Of a stretch of 64,000 bases of DNA, positions 14,834 through 25,251 are shown in pieces. The translations under genes were made by a program, and so were the position numbers. This stretch comes from Minisyncoccota bacterium (GTDB lineage: Bacteria > Patescibacteriota > Minisyncoccia > Moranbacterales > GCA-2747515). The stretch is taken from NCBI GenBank assembly GCA_937936355.1, contig CALDDM010000002.1, positions 93,173-157,172 on the forward strand, written 5' to 3'. The notes under the pieces were generated by a model that worked only from the letters and a program-made list of their open reading frames with translations, was not told the origin of the DNA and made no database searches. How positions within the stretch are numbered: the stretch's first letter is position 1; each line of letters begins with the position of its first letter.

Positions 14834-17497
14834 CTATTTGTTTTTTAATATGAAGCTCTTGAGTGTGTTGTTTCCTGCGATGTAGGCTGTTTGGTTTGAT
14901 TCGTCAACTGTGAAATGCTTTGCTTGTGCTAGTGATCTGTGGGTAAAGGTTTTCTGTATAGAAAATGTTTCTTTTTCTATTTGTGTGAGTGTTGCGTTTT
15001 TTTTATCGATGACCCAGAGGTAGTCTGCATTGTTGCTTGTGTAAAGAAGGTTTGCTGTAATTTTTGTATTACCTGAAATGGAAAGATCACCTTTTTTCCC
15101 AGACTCGAACACAAAGATTTTTCCATTTGTCGCTGTGTATATCCGTCCATCAATTGCAATATCCTCAGTCTCTGTAAGGTCAGTGTTGTCTGTAATCCAC
15201 TTTTTTGCGTCATCAAATCCGCCGACTGTTCTTGTGTAGCGTGTGAGCGCATCATTTGTATCAAGTATGTAGAGTCTGCGTTGATAAGTGTGAATGCTCT
15301 TTATTTTTGTATTGTCTAGCTCACTGCTATTTGTTTCTATATTTTGCTTTGTGAAGACACGATCTGTTGGGTTAAATGCGTAGATGAGGTTTTGATCTGT
15401 GATGAAGATAATTAGCTTGATGTCTGGCATGATTGTAGCGTGCGTTATCTCCCCAATGTTTTGTGGTAAGCTGATTTCTTTGGATGCACTTCCCGTGATT
15501 TGCATGATCGATTTTGCAGAGGGAAGATAGAAAGATCCTTGGTATGGGAGGATATTTTTGGCACTAATGTTTTGACTGAGAATTTTTGGGTCCTGCGTTG
15601 TGTTTACTATATTTTGCGTGGTTACTGTGTTGTTTCCTTGTGTCTCTCCAACAGTTGCTGTCTCGCGGAGCTCATCTTCCAACTTCTTTTGTTGCAGCTC
15701 TTTCTGTGCTTCTTGCTCTTTAGCTACTTCCTTTTGTTTTGCTTTGTAGTTCATGATGAGAACTGTGCATACACACAATAAAATCACAAAGCCGATAAGT
15801 TTCGTGCCTGCTGTGATTTCTGACCATCGATATTGAAATTGCGAATGAAGTGGATCGCTTTTAGATTGTGCTTTATTCCAAAGATTGCGGGTGCTCTCTA
15901 GTGTTCTCAATAGTCGCGATGAGCCTAATTCTTCTTGCTCCCACATCTCCTCCTGATCGCTGTTATCTTTTGCATTGTATAGTGATCCTAGGAGATCAGT
16001 CCTATCATCTGTTGTAAGCTCTGTAAGCTTTGTAAGATTTTTTGTTGTTTTTTGAGTGGCCTCTTCTTTTTCTGGAACTTTATTTTTTTTAACTTTATTC
16101 TCCTGGATTCTGCGAAGGATCAGTGGTTTTTGGTGTCCTGTCACTGTTGGCTCATTACTGATTGTGGTGGCTGAGTTTTGTTCTTCCCATTGTGTTACTT
16201 CTTTGATTTTTTGCGTTGTTGAAGATTTCAGTTCTTGTGATTTCCTCTTAGTTTTTAGCCAGAGATCTTTTACGTTGGAAGGGGTGGGCGCTATGTTCGC
16301 GTGAGTGTCTTCCCCTTGTGTATTCATTAATTGGGTAAAGACACCTTCTCTCTTTTGCTTGGCTGATGTGAGAGTGTTTACTGCACGATCTTTAATTTTG
16401 CTTGTGACTTCACTTTCTTGTAGTTTTTTGCGTGTCTTGGTTGCCTCATATTTGATGCGCCTTGTATTTGCGGTGAAGAACTCTTTCGTGCTATATGTTG
16501 CATCGCGTGTGAAATCACCTATCCTTATGATGAGAGGGTGGCTATTGTTCTCATAATCAGAAGTTCCACTGATGTATATGTGTCCCGTTCTTTTGTCTGT
16601 GTAGTCTGATTTTAATTTTTTTTTGTCGCTTTGTGTTGAAGTGTTTGGTGTTGGGTAATTAGCTTCTTGCTTATCGCACTCTTTTTTTGTATAGGATTTT
16701 GCGCTAAAAGCATTTTTTGGTAATGGGATTTTATCTGATGTATTTTCTTGTCTTTGACCTTCTGAGATATCGCCTTTTTGCTTGCTTTCTGTATTACCGG
16801 GCTTTTCGATAACTTCAAGTAGTTGTGTAGAAGCTAAGACGCTTTCGTTTACTAAGGCAGTTGTGAGGAATTGTGCAAATTCTTCTGCTTTAAACCGTTC
16901 TGCATTACGTGTTAATTCATCGAGAGGGATGAGATCTAATAGCTCACGTGATGTTACGATGATTTTGTCGCCAGCTACAATCTCTCCGTGTGCAGTGTCG
17001 ACAAATGTTTTGAGTGGATTGATTTCATCTTCACTTGGGGATAGGCCATCGCTAAGATGTAGGAGGTTACCATCGCGCAGAAGGAAGATGTGTCCTTGAC
17101 CGGTTGTTGTGAAATAAATGTTCTGTTCGTTGTAGCAACAAAGAGCACTGTCTAATTGGCCAATCCAGCTAATGATATCGTTTTTCGCTAGTTCCGCGAG
17201 AGCTCTGTTAGTGTGGTGGAGAGCCTCGATAAAACTTTCATTGATCGATCTTTTTGGAGATGCAAAATATTCTTTTTTGAATTCAGCGGTCAGGAAATGT
17301 ACGATGTGCGTGTTGGCGCTTGTCATATCTCCTATCGCAAAAAAACCACAAACACTACCTAGGTGTTTTTGTGTGAAGTTTTTTCCCGCAAAGTTGACTT
17401 GCTCGATGAAAGTTCTGTGTCGCGGTGTTGCTGCAACAAAGACATCCCATTTATGGATTGTGAGACCTTTTTTAATTTGTGTTGTGCGAGTAGGCAT
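14834..17497 (-). CDS. large single-pass membrane protein: degenerate PP2C-like N-domain, K/Q/T/E-rich linker, TM, extracytoplasmic beta-rich domain
   Basis: 887 aa. The N-terminal ~230 aa align by eye to the PP2C/SpoIIE layout (ALCCYNEQNIYFTTTGQGHIFLLRDGNLLHLSDG; IVAGDKIIVTSRELLDLI), but the metal-binding Asp positions are replaced. TM LIGFVILLCVCTVLIMNY at about aa 575. The C-terminal ~270 aa are repetitive beta-strand-like sequence. Confidence 0.45.
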   Translation of the reverse strand: MPTRTTQIKKGLTIHKWDVFVAATPRHRTFIEQVNFAGKNFTQKHLGSVCGFFAIGDMTSANTHIVHFLTAEFKKEYFASPKRSINESFIEALHHTNRALAELAKNDIISWIGQLDSALCCYNEQNIYFTTTGQGHIFLLRDGNLLHLSDGLSPSEDEINPLKTFVDTAHGEIVAGDKIIVTSRELLDLIPLDELTRNAERFKAEEFAQFLTTALVNESVLASTQLLEVIEKPGNTESKQKGDISEGQRQENTSDKIPLPKNAFSAKSYTKKECDKQEANYPTPNTSTQSDKKKLKSDYTDKRTGHIYISGTSDYENNSHPLIIRIGDFTRDATYSTKEFFTANTRRIKYEATKTRKKLQESEVTSKIKDRAVNTLTSAKQKREGVFTQLMNTQGEDTHANIAPTPSNVKDLWLKTKRKSQELKSSTTQKIKEVTQWEEQNSATTISNEPTVTGHQKPLILRRIQENKVKKNKVPEKEEATQKTTKNLTKLTELTTDDRTDLLGSLYNAKDNSDQEEMWEQEELGSSRLLRTLESTRNLWNKAQSKSDPLHSQFQYRWSEITAGTKLIGFVILLCVCTVLIMNYKAKQKEVAKEQEAQKELQQKKLEDELRETATVGETQGNNTVTTQNIVNTTQDPKILSQNISAKNILPYQGSFYLPSAKSIMQITGSASKEISLPQNIGEITHATIMPDIKLIIFITDQNLIYAFNPTDRVFTKQNIETNSSELDNTKIKSIHTYQRRLYILDTNDALTRYTRTVGGFDDAKKWITDNTDLTETEDIAIDGRIYTATNGKIFVFESGKKGDLSISGNTKITANLLYTSNNADYLWVIDKKNATLTQIEKETFSIQKTFTHRSLAQAKHFTVDESNQTAYIAGNNTLKSFILKNK

Positions 17498-17764
17498 GGC
17501 ACCGAAATATAACTAAGTTTTTTGACTTTATGTATTTTTTATAGTATTGTTTGTCTTCTTAAATAGGGAAGTCCTTACAATAGGTTTTATTATACATCAT
17601 AGAGGCCACAATGTTTGAATTTTTATTGTAGGCGTAGTACACTTGTTCTATTGGTGGAAATTCAAGGCTTTTACACTTTGTATCCATACTTTTATGTGAC
17701 ATGACCGCCTGTCAGTAATTGTTGTCGGGGTTTCTCGTTGAAGTGTAGGCTCTAAAACAGATAT

Positions 17765-18367
17765 ATGCCAGAAATTCTTGAAGTATTGATGGGATCTCGA
17801 TCACGTGCGCGAATTATGCGGTTTTTTGTTTTGAATCCTGGCAAGGAGTTTCTTTTCGCTGAGATCAGAGAAAAAACACAAACATCACTTGGTGATGCTC
17901 GTCGGGAGATCGCTGCTTTTGAAAAGATTGGTTTAGTAAGCGTTGGAACGCGTGATCGTAAAAAGATCTACTCAATTAATGAGGGTTTTGTGTATTTTAA
18001 TGAGCTTCGTAATCTTTATGTGAAGTCGAATGTCTATCCTCAGTGTACTGAAGTAAGGAATATTAAGCGTATTGGTAGTGTGAAGCTTGTCATGATTAGT
18101 GGTGTTTTTATGAACTATTCTCGTTCCGAAATTGACCTTTTGATTGTTGCTGATGATACGAGTCGTACAAAAATAGATAGTTCAATCGCAGCTATTGAGG
18201 CAGAGCTTGGCAAAGAGGTTCGCTACATGCTCCTTCGTTCTGAGGATTTTCAATATCGTCTTGATATGATGGATCGTTTTCTGATAGAATTTTTTTCTGG
18301 TCCGCATGATGCCATTATTAATAAAGTTCCTCGCCTTAGTCGTTTTATCTCTGAGATGAAGCGCTAG
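17765..18367 (+). CDS. winged-helix (ArsR-like) transcriptional regulator with uncharacterised C-terminal domain
   Basis: 200 aa. N-terminal SRSRARIMRFFVLNPGKEFLFAEIREKTQTSLGDARREIAAFEKIGLVS fits a wHTH pattern. Confidence 0.5.
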   Translation: MPEILEVLMGSRSRARIMRFFVLNPGKEFLFAEIREKTQTSLGDARREIAAFEKIGLVSVGTRDRKKIYSINEGFVYFNELRNLYVKSNVYPQCTEVRNIKRIGSVKLVMISGVFMNYSRSEIDLLIVADDTSRTKIDSSIAAIEAELGKEVRYMLLRSEDFQYRLDMMDRFLIEFFSGPHDAIINKVPRLSRFISEMKR

Positions 18368-18395
18368 TCGTTTTTTCTGTGATTATTCTTGTCTT

Positions 18396-19535
18396 ATGTC
18401 TCAGCCCTACGATCCTTTCTTCATCCTTTTGATGGTTAGTGTTTTTTTGGCCTTGGTAAATATGTGGTTTGTATTTTCTCGCGGTGCGCGTGCACGGCGA
18501 GAAAGGGAGGAAAATAAGCGTGACATTGCACTTCAAGCAGACCGTTTGAGTGCAATAATGGAGCGACTAGAACGTGTTGATCAGGGTCAAGACCGTATCA
18601 ATCAAAACGTAGACTCTAAGTTGGAGAATATTCATCGTGCAGGTCAAAATCAGTTTCGTGAAGCGCGTGAGATCATAGGTGAGATAACACTGAAGTCTGA
18701 TCGACTTATTGAAAATGTTTCTAAACGCCTTGGTGATCTAGATAAAACTAATCAGAAAATAGTTGATTTTTCTGCGCAAATAAAGGATCTTGGCGATGTG
18801 CTTAAGAATCCAAAGCAGCGTGGTGTGATGGGTGAGTATATCTTGGAGCATGTTCTTGCGAACGCTCTTCCTCCGACTAGCTATAAAATGCAACATGGCT
18901 TTTCTGGTGGAGAGGTTGTCGATGCGGCGGTTTATGTAAAAGAAAAGATTGTTCCTATTGATGCAAAGTTTTCGCTTGAGAATTATGAGCGGTTTCTTGC
19001 AAGCGAAACAAATGCTGATCGCGATCTTTATCAAAAGGCTTTTCGTCAGGACCTTAAAAAGCGCATAGATGAAACATCAAAATACATCCGACCTGATGAA
19101 GGTACAACAGATTTTGCATTCATGTTCATCCCTTCTGAGGCTATTTACTATGACCTCCTTGTTAACACGGTTGGATCTGCAGATGCTGGTAGTGTTAATA
19201 TGATTGAGTATGCTTTTCGAGATAAGCATGTTGTCATTGTTTCACCGACGTCATTTTTGGCTTATTTGCAGACCGTCTTGCAGGGGCTTCGCGCGCTTGA
19301 AATCGAAGATAATGCAAAGCAAATTAAAAAAAGAATAGCAGAACTTTCTCGTCATTGGAGTGCTTTTGATCTCTATATGCAGAAATTGCAAAAGTCTATG
19401 GGCGTTTCTGTTAATCATTTTAATAGCGCATATAAGGAGCTTGGAAAAGTAGATCGTGATGTTATGCGTATTACTGATCGGAGTGATCGTACTATTGTTC
19501 CTGGCTCAATAGATCGACCGCAAGATTTGGATTAG
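18396..19535 (+). CDS. rmuC: DNA recombination protein RmuC
   Basis: 379 aa with an N-terminal TM and coiled coil. Core GVMGEYILEHVL...VDAAVYVKEKIVPIDAKF...FMFIPSEAIYYDLL is typical of RmuC. Confidence 0.85.
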   Translation: MSQPYDPFFILLMVSVFLALVNMWFVFSRGARARREREENKRDIALQADRLSAIMERLERVDQGQDRINQNVDSKLENIHRAGQNQFREAREIIGEITLKSDRLIENVSKRLGDLDKTNQKIVDFSAQIKDLGDVLKNPKQRGVMGEYILEHVLANALPPTSYKMQHGFSGGEVVDAAVYVKEKIVPIDAKFSLENYERFLASETNADRDLYQKAFRQDLKKRIDETSKYIRPDEGTTDFAFMFIPSEAIYYDLLVNTVGSADAGSVNMIEYAFRDKHVVIVSPTSFLAYLQTVLQGLRALEIEDNAKQIKKRIAELSRHWSAFDLYMQKLQKSMGVSVNHFNSAYKELGKVDRDVMRITDRSDRTIVPGSIDRPQDLD

Positions 19536-19619
19536 AATGGAGTTTCGAGTATTGGTTATGATGTGTTACCATGGGCGTCATAGCATAGATTTATTTAGGT
19601 CTTTATGGAGGGAGTAATC

Positions 19620-20012
19620 ATGGATCATTATCGCAGACGCTTGAAGCGTTTTGGTATGCCGCAGCGAGAAAATACTGCGTTTTTTGATAATGCTATTGTA
19701 CAAATCGTCTCTATAGCTGTAGGGGTTCTTATGATTGTTGCTTTGGGTGTTTTGATGTTACGTTTTTCTCCAGACCTATCTTCAGTGCGATTGCAGTACA
19801 GTATATATTTTGGTACGGCTTTGCGTGCACAATGGTGGAGTCCGTATGTCTTGCTCGCGATGGGTTTGATTTTTTATCTTGCAAATCTTGGGGTTGCAAG
19901 TGTGTTGTATAATGCAAAACAAAGAATTGCTGCGTATAGTTTGCTCCTGGGTGGTTTTTTTATACAAATTTCTCTCCTTGTTAGTGTGATCAGCATTTCG
20001 CTAAATAACTGA
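19620..20012 (+). CDS. small integral membrane protein, unknown function
   Basis: ORF 19605..20012 with 3 hydrophobic helices. GGAGGG lies 7 nt upstream of ATG 19620, so that start is preferred. Confidence 0.45.
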   Translation: MDHYRRRLKRFGMPQRENTAFFDNAIVQIVSIAVGVLMIVALGVLMLRFSPDLSSVRLQYSIYFGTALRAQWWSPYVLLAMGLIFYLANLGVASVLYNAKQRIAAYSLLLGGFFIQISLLVSVISISLNN

Positions 20013-20125
20013 TTCTTCTCCTTAGTTTGGCGCCACCGCTTCGCTTTCTCTTTCAAAATATTTATACAAGTAGAAGGTAGCTCCTCGTGCTAAGAATTGT
20101 AAAGTTTTGATTTAAAAGAAATTTC

Positions 20126-21814
20126 ATGAAATTTTCTTTCCCGAGTCCAAAGACTGACAATGCAAAGGATTATCGTAGGCAGCGTTCACTTGAGGTGATT
20201 CCCGCGATTCTTACATGGACTACGCTTATTGGTATGGTTGCTTTTTCTTATTTCACACCAGTCGCAGTTGCGATTTTTATTATAGCTTTTGATATTTATT
20301 GGATTCATCGGACTGTCTTTATTTCCTACTATTCAATTAAAGCGTATCGGAGACTTAAAAATGACCAAAAAATTGATTGGTTTGCTCGATGTAAGGGGGT
20401 TGAAGACCTTTCTTTGTATAAAGATATCATAAAAGATCGGATTCTTTCTAATTGGAAATTGCGCAAGCATGCAACTCGTGAGGAGGGTAAGCGTTTGCGT
20501 GTCATGCTTTCGCAAGACAAGAAGCTCCTTCTTGACCTTGAGGAATTGCAACAAGAAGATGTTATGGCATGGGAGGATGTGATTCATGTTGTGATGTTGC
20601 CCACTGCTACTGAGTCAGCGCTTAATATAGATCCTGCACTTGAGGCTATTGAAAAAAGCCGCTATCCGAATGAGAAAATTATTATTCTTTTGGCTACGGA
20701 GGAGCGCGAAGACCTAGTTAAGCGTGAGGAGAAGGTTCAATTTCTCACGCATAAATATAAGGATGTTTTTGCAGATTTTATAGTTTCAGTTCATAGGGTT
20801 GCAGATGGTGAGATGAAGTGTAAGGCTTCTAATGCTACGTATGCAGCAAAAAAATTACAAAAATATCTTGATGAAAGAGGTATTGATTATAAGCGCGTCA
20901 TTCTTTCAAATTTTGATTGTGAAAGCGTTGCCCATCCCGAGTATTTTGGAGCTTTGACGTATGCATATATTACTGAGCCAAAACGTCTGCAACGCGCATA
21001 TCAACCAATTCCTTTGTACCACAACAATCTGTGGGAAACGAATGCTTTTGTACGAGTAATTGTTACAAGTTCTTCTTTTTGGCACATGTTTCAAAGTACA
21101 CGGCGTGAAATGGTAACTTTCTCTTCTCATGCGGAAGCGTTTGATACTTTGGTTAAAGTTGATTTTTGGCCAGTTGATATGATTAGTGAGGATTCGATAA
21201 TCTATTGGAAGGGTTATGCATACTTTAATGGTGACTACGCAGTGAAACCGCTTTATGTTCCTGTTTCTATGGATGCTGTCCTCGCTGAAACATACTGGAA
21301 GACAATTGTTAATCAGTATAAGCAAAAGCGTCGCTGGGCGTATGGCATCGAGAATTTTCCAATTATTATGCGGGCGATTTGGCCAAACAAAAAAATACCG
21401 ACTTTTGAGAAAATTCGTATCGGCTTTGAAATGCTCGAAGGCCATCACTCATGGGCAACATCTGCGCTGATGCTTGCACTTCTGGGATGGCTTCCTCTTA
21501 TTTTTGGTGGTCCAGAGTTTAATGAGTTAACGCTTGCTCATAATCTACCCCTTGTAACTCGTTACCTTATGACGATTGCAATGTGTGGATTGATTGTTTC
21601 TGTCGCTCTATCTTTTCTTCTGCTACCGCCACGACCTGAGCATTTGTCGCGAAAGCGTTATGTTTATATGGCGACACAGTGGCTTCTGGTTCCTGTTATC
21701 GCACCTCTTTTGGGTGCTTTGCCTGCTATTGAGTCGCAGACACGTATTTTATTGAAGAGGTATTTCACAGAGTTTTGGGTTACAGAGAAGGTTGTTAAAA
21801 AAGTTGTGAAGTAG
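20126..21814 (+). CDS. membrane-embedded processive family-2 glycosyltransferase (cellulose/chitin-synthase-like)
   Basis: 562 aa. N-terminal 2 TM and C-terminal about 4 TM. Cytoplasmic GT-A core with FDCES, SEDS and the Q(x2)RW motif (QKRRWAYG). Confidence 0.7.
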   Translation: MKFSFPSPKTDNAKDYRRQRSLEVIPAILTWTTLIGMVAFSYFTPVAVAIFIIAFDIYWIHRTVFISYYSIKAYRRLKNDQKIDWFARCKGVEDLSLYKDIIKDRILSNWKLRKHATREEGKRLRVMLSQDKKLLLDLEELQQEDVMAWEDVIHVVMLPTATESALNIDPALEAIEKSRYPNEKIIILLATEEREDLVKREEKVQFLTHKYKDVFADFIVSVHRVADGEMKCKASNATYAAKKLQKYLDERGIDYKRVILSNFDCESVAHPEYFGALTYAYITEPKRLQRAYQPIPLYHNNLWETNAFVRVIVTSSSFWHMFQSTRREMVTFSSHAEAFDTLVKVDFWPVDMISEDSIIYWKGYAYFNGDYAVKPLYVPVSMDAVLAETYWKTIVNQYKQKRRWAYGIENFPIIMRAIWPNKKIPTFEKIRIGFEMLEGHHSWATSALMLALLGWLPLIFGGPEFNELTLAHNLPLVTRYLMTIAMCGLIVSVALSFLLLPPRPEHLSRKRYVYMATQWLLVPVIAPLLGALPAIESQTRILLKRYFTEFWVTEKVVKKVVK

Positions 21815-21934
21815 TTGTAATGTAGATCACGATATTTTTTCGAAGTAATGCGAGAAATTTTTTGGTAGTGACTTTGCATTTTCTTTGAAATATCTTTATA
21901 CTTGTACGTTATTCTAACTGGGTCACATCGTTTT

Positions 21935-22984
21935 ATGTCTCTTTATCTCCCAGCCTTTATTGCTTCTTTTTTTCTGACAACCTTTTCCCTGATTGTCATG
22001 ATTATCGCTCTCTATCGATTTCCTCGGCTTCTCAGCCTTTTTCGTGTGCCTATCGGATTACGGCATCTTGATTCAAGGAGAGCTGTGCGATGTGGCGGTA
22101 TTGCTATAGCAGTTGGTTTTTTTGGTGCAATTTTTTTTGAGCATCGCCTCGTTATAGATGCGCAGACTGAATTTTTTTTGATTGGAGCTTTACTTTTTAC
22201 TTTGTGGGGTTTGCTTGATGATTTCTTTGCGCTTTCGTGGCGTATTCAACTTCTTTTACAATTTGCTACTGCTGTACTTATTGGATCTTTGGGTGTGCGC
22301 ATTTTGGGTGTTGACTTTATGGGTTGGATTGATTTTTCTGCTGGTAGTCTTTTTGACTTATTGGGAGTGCTCTCTCTTTCTCTAACTGTTTTATGGATTG
22401 TTGGCTTGCTGAATGCACTTAATTGGAGTGATGGAGTTGATGGTCTTGCCGGTGGTGTTGTTGTGATCGCTGGCTTTACGCTTTTCTCTCTTTCTTTAAG
22501 GGAGGAGGTTTATCAACCACCGATAGCAATTTTATGTGCAGCGCTTTTTGGTGCTGCGTTGTCATTTACGTTGTTTAATATAGCTCGGTTTACACCGTTG
22601 AGATTGCCATTTCGTTTTATTGCAGGATCTTCTGGCTCGTATATGATGGGTTACACATTGGCGGTTCTTGCAATTTTTTCTGGAGCTAAAATTGGAACCG
22701 CTCTTCTTGTTATGATCGTACCTCTTGTTGATGCTTTGAGTGTCATTTATGATCGTGCTCGTAGTGGTGTGAGTCTTTTTCGTGGAGATGCTCGACATTT
22801 TCATCACATACTGATGTCCCATGGATGGAGCACATCCCGTATTTTGATGCTGTACTATGGATTGACCCTTTTTGGGTCTTCACTGGCGTTGACCACCCAA
22901 TCAACTGGTAAAATTACAGCATTTATTTTGTATGCATTTGTTTTATTTTTTGTAATTAGCTTCGTACGGAAGAAAACTTTATGA
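21935..22984 (+). CDS. polyprenyl-phosphate N-acetylhexosamine-1-phosphate transferase (MraY/WecA family, GT4)
   Basis: ORF 21902..22984. Multi-TM. LLDDFFALSWRIQL and NALNWSDGVDGLAGG signature motifs. ATG 21935 is preferred over TTG 21902. Confidence 0.85.
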   Translation: MSLYLPAFIASFFLTTFSLIVMIIALYRFPRLLSLFRVPIGLRHLDSRRAVRCGGIAIAVGFFGAIFFEHRLVIDAQTEFFLIGALLFTLWGLLDDFFALSWRIQLLLQFATAVLIGSLGVRILGVDFMGWIDFSAGSLFDLLGVLSLSLTVLWIVGLLNALNWSDGVDGLAGGVVVIAGFTLFSLSLREEVYQPPIAILCAALFGAALSFTLFNIARFTPLRLPFRFIAGSSGSYMMGYTLAVLAIFSGAKIGTALLVMIVPLVDALSVIYDRARSGVSLFRGDARHFHHILMSHGWSTSRILMLYYGLTLFGSSLALTTQSTGKITAFILYAFVLFFVISFVRKKTL

Positions 22985-23406
22985 AAGTACCCTCTTTTAT
23001 TTTTGCTTTTGTTTTTCTTACTTTGTTTCTACTCTTTACTTTGATCACTCCTTATACGGATCGCCTTTCCTTGGTTGGCGGTAGTCTTTTGTTTATACAG
23101 ATTCGTGACACACAGCCAGAGTGGTCGCGTGGTTTATCTGGCCGGACTGATTTGTGCAAATATTGTGGCATGCTTTTCATTTTTCCTGTAGCTTCTGAGC
23201 GCGGGTTTTGGATGAAAGATATGCTCTTTTCCATAGATATGGTGTGGCTTAAGGGGGGCTCAATCGTCCATATTGAGGAAAATGTTTCACATAAGACTCC
23301 TGAGAAAGTATACAAGCCTCCCGTCTTTGTTGATGCAGTTCTTGAACTTCCGTCTGGTGGGGCTGCCAGACGCTCTCTGGACATTGGTGACACGATACGT
23401 TTCTAA
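22981..23406 (+). CDS. DUF192 domain protein
   Basis: 141 aa with an N-terminal TM/signal. FWMKDMLFSIDMVWL...VLELPSGGA is typical DUF192. The start overlaps the upstream stop (ATGA), implying translational coupling to the GT4 gene. Confidence 0.75.
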   Translation: MKVPSFIFAFVFLTLFLLFTLITPYTDRLSLVGGSLLFIQIRDTQPEWSRGLSGRTDLCKYCGMLFIFPVASERGFWMKDMLFSIDMVWLKGGSIVHIEENVSHKTPEKVYKPPVFVDAVLELPSGGAARRSLDIGDTIRF

Positions 23407-23509
23407 TGCAGACTTGTTTGACGATTTTCCCTTATGTTGTAAAATGTAAACTATACTTTACATCTTTAGCGTTTTTTTGGAGGCGTTATCTTTTAAAAAA
23501 TATACTATT

Positions 23510-24247
23510 ATGTTGCATTCTGATATCCATACATTTGACGATTCTGGTGATGTCCTTTCGTCGTGTGCGCAGCATCTTTCTCAACTTCTTGCTCGTTACC
23601 ATGATCGGGAAATTTTTCTCTTAATTTCGGGTGGTAGTGTCTTGGATATCCTGGACGTGATTCAGGCTGATTATGTTGGTCCTCACGTGCGAATGTGCGT
23701 TATTGACGATCGGCATGGAGTTGCAAAGGCGGATCAAAATTATTATCAACTTTCACAGACTGACTTTGCGAGTAAGTTCATTGTGGCTGGAGGTATGGTG
23801 TGTGATACCAGCTTTGATGATTCGAGGAGTCTCGAGGCATCTGTAAATCTATTTAGCGCACACATAAAAGGCATTGTTGATCGTAAGCGTTGTGATGATT
23901 CTGTAATAATTTCAGTTTTGGGTATAGGCTCTGATGGTCATACTGCTGGTATTATGCCTTATCCAGGCGAGGAGCTTTTGTTTTCTGAGCTCTTTGATAG
24001 TGCGCGTGATGATTACGTTGTAGGCTATGATGCCGGTGACAAGAATGTATTCCCTTACCGTGTTACAGTAAATATGCGGTTTTTGCGTGAAGTCCCTTCG
24101 CATTGTATTGTGTATGCTGTAGGATCTGAAAAAGAAAAAGCTTTACATGAAGTTTTGAGTGACTCATCTGAGCTTAATGTTTTTCCCGCTCAAATTATTC
24201 ATGACATGAAGGATGTTTATCTTTACACAGATCAGCGCATTCGTTAG
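23510..24247 (+). CDS. pgl: 6-phosphogluconolactonase-like (glucosamine-6-P isomerase/6PGL family)
   Basis: ORF 23477..24247. LISGGSVLDIL and VLGIGSDGHTAGIMP motifs. ATG 23510 preferred. Confidence 0.7.
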   Translation: MLHSDIHTFDDSGDVLSSCAQHLSQLLARYHDREIFLLISGGSVLDILDVIQADYVGPHVRMCVIDDRHGVAKADQNYYQLSQTDFASKFIVAGGMVCDTSFDDSRSLEASVNLFSAHIKGIVDRKRCDDSVIISVLGIGSDGHTAGIMPYPGEELLFSELFDSARDDYVVGYDAGDKNVFPYRVTVNMRFLREVPSHCIVYAVGSEKEKALHEVLSDSSELNVFPAQIIHDMKDVYLYTDQRIR

Positions 24248-24323
24248 TTGTTTTTATTTATATCAATTGCCTGGACTATATGATCTAATATATGAGATTA
24301 TTTATTTATCAATTTGAATTATT

Positions 24324-25205
24324 ATGCGACCAAAAGAATTAAAAACTAAAATCTTTCTTGATAGTGGGAATCCAGCAGAAACAAAGGAGGCTTTGGGTTT
24401 GATAGGCTTTCTTGATGGGCAAACAACTAATCCATCATTAATCGCTAAGCATCCAGATGCTCAGAAGCGAATTTCTTCTGGGGATCGCTTTAGCGTTTCT
24501 GAGGTTCGTCTTTTTTATAAGGATATTGTACATGAGATCGAGTCTTTGCTTGAACATAATGCTTCTATTTCTATAGAAGTGGCCGCCGATGCTACTACCA
24601 AAGCGGCTGAGATCATCGCACAAGCTCATGATATGAGAACATGGGTAGCACACCCTCATATAAAGATACCTATTACGCATGAGGGTTTGGTTGCTGGTGA
24701 GCAATTGATTGAAGAGGGGATTCACTTAAATTACACGCTGAATTTTTCGCAGCAGCAAGCTGCTGCTGTGCATGCTGCCTCGAGAGGCAGTGAATTCGAG
24801 CAGGTCTACATCTCACCCTTTCGTGGTCGGCTAGATGACAGCGGTGTTGCAGGCGCACATGTGATTAACAATATTCAGGACGCATATGCCTTTATATCTT
24901 CTCCTGTTGGTGTTCTTGTTGCGAGTGTGCGTGATTATGAGACCTTTTTATATGCATTGTACAGAGAGGTTGATATCATAACAGTTCCCTTGAAGATACT
25001 TTCTCAATGGTCTGTAGATGACTTGCAGGTTCCTCACCACATGGATGATCCATCTTATGGCAAGGAAACTGTCTTTATACCTAAGGAAGACTTAGACTTT
25101 GATGCACCATGGCAGTCATTTGACTTGTCCCATCCAAAGACAGATGAGGGGCTGGTGAAATTCGCTTCAGATTGGGCAAAAATTGTCGATGTTTCTATGG
25201 AATAG
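24324..25205 (+). CDS. tal: transaldolase
   Basis: 293 aa. KIFLDSGNPAETKEA...DGQTTNPSLI and HIKIPIT (Schiff-base Lys context). Confidence 0.85.
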   Translation: MRPKELKTKIFLDSGNPAETKEALGLIGFLDGQTTNPSLIAKHPDAQKRISSGDRFSVSEVRLFYKDIVHEIESLLEHNASISIEVAADATTKAAEIIAQAHDMRTWVAHPHIKIPITHEGLVAGEQLIEEGIHLNYTLNFSQQQAAAVHAASRGSEFEQVYISPFRGRLDDSGVAGAHVINNIQDAYAFISSPVGVLVASVRDYETFLYALYREVDIITVPLKILSQWSVDDLQVPHHMDDPSYGKETVFIPKEDLDFDAPWQSFDLSHPKTDEGLVKFASDWAKIVDVSME

Positions 25206-25251
25206 TTTTAAGATTTTTTCAATACACCTTTACTACATATTATTTCTGCTT

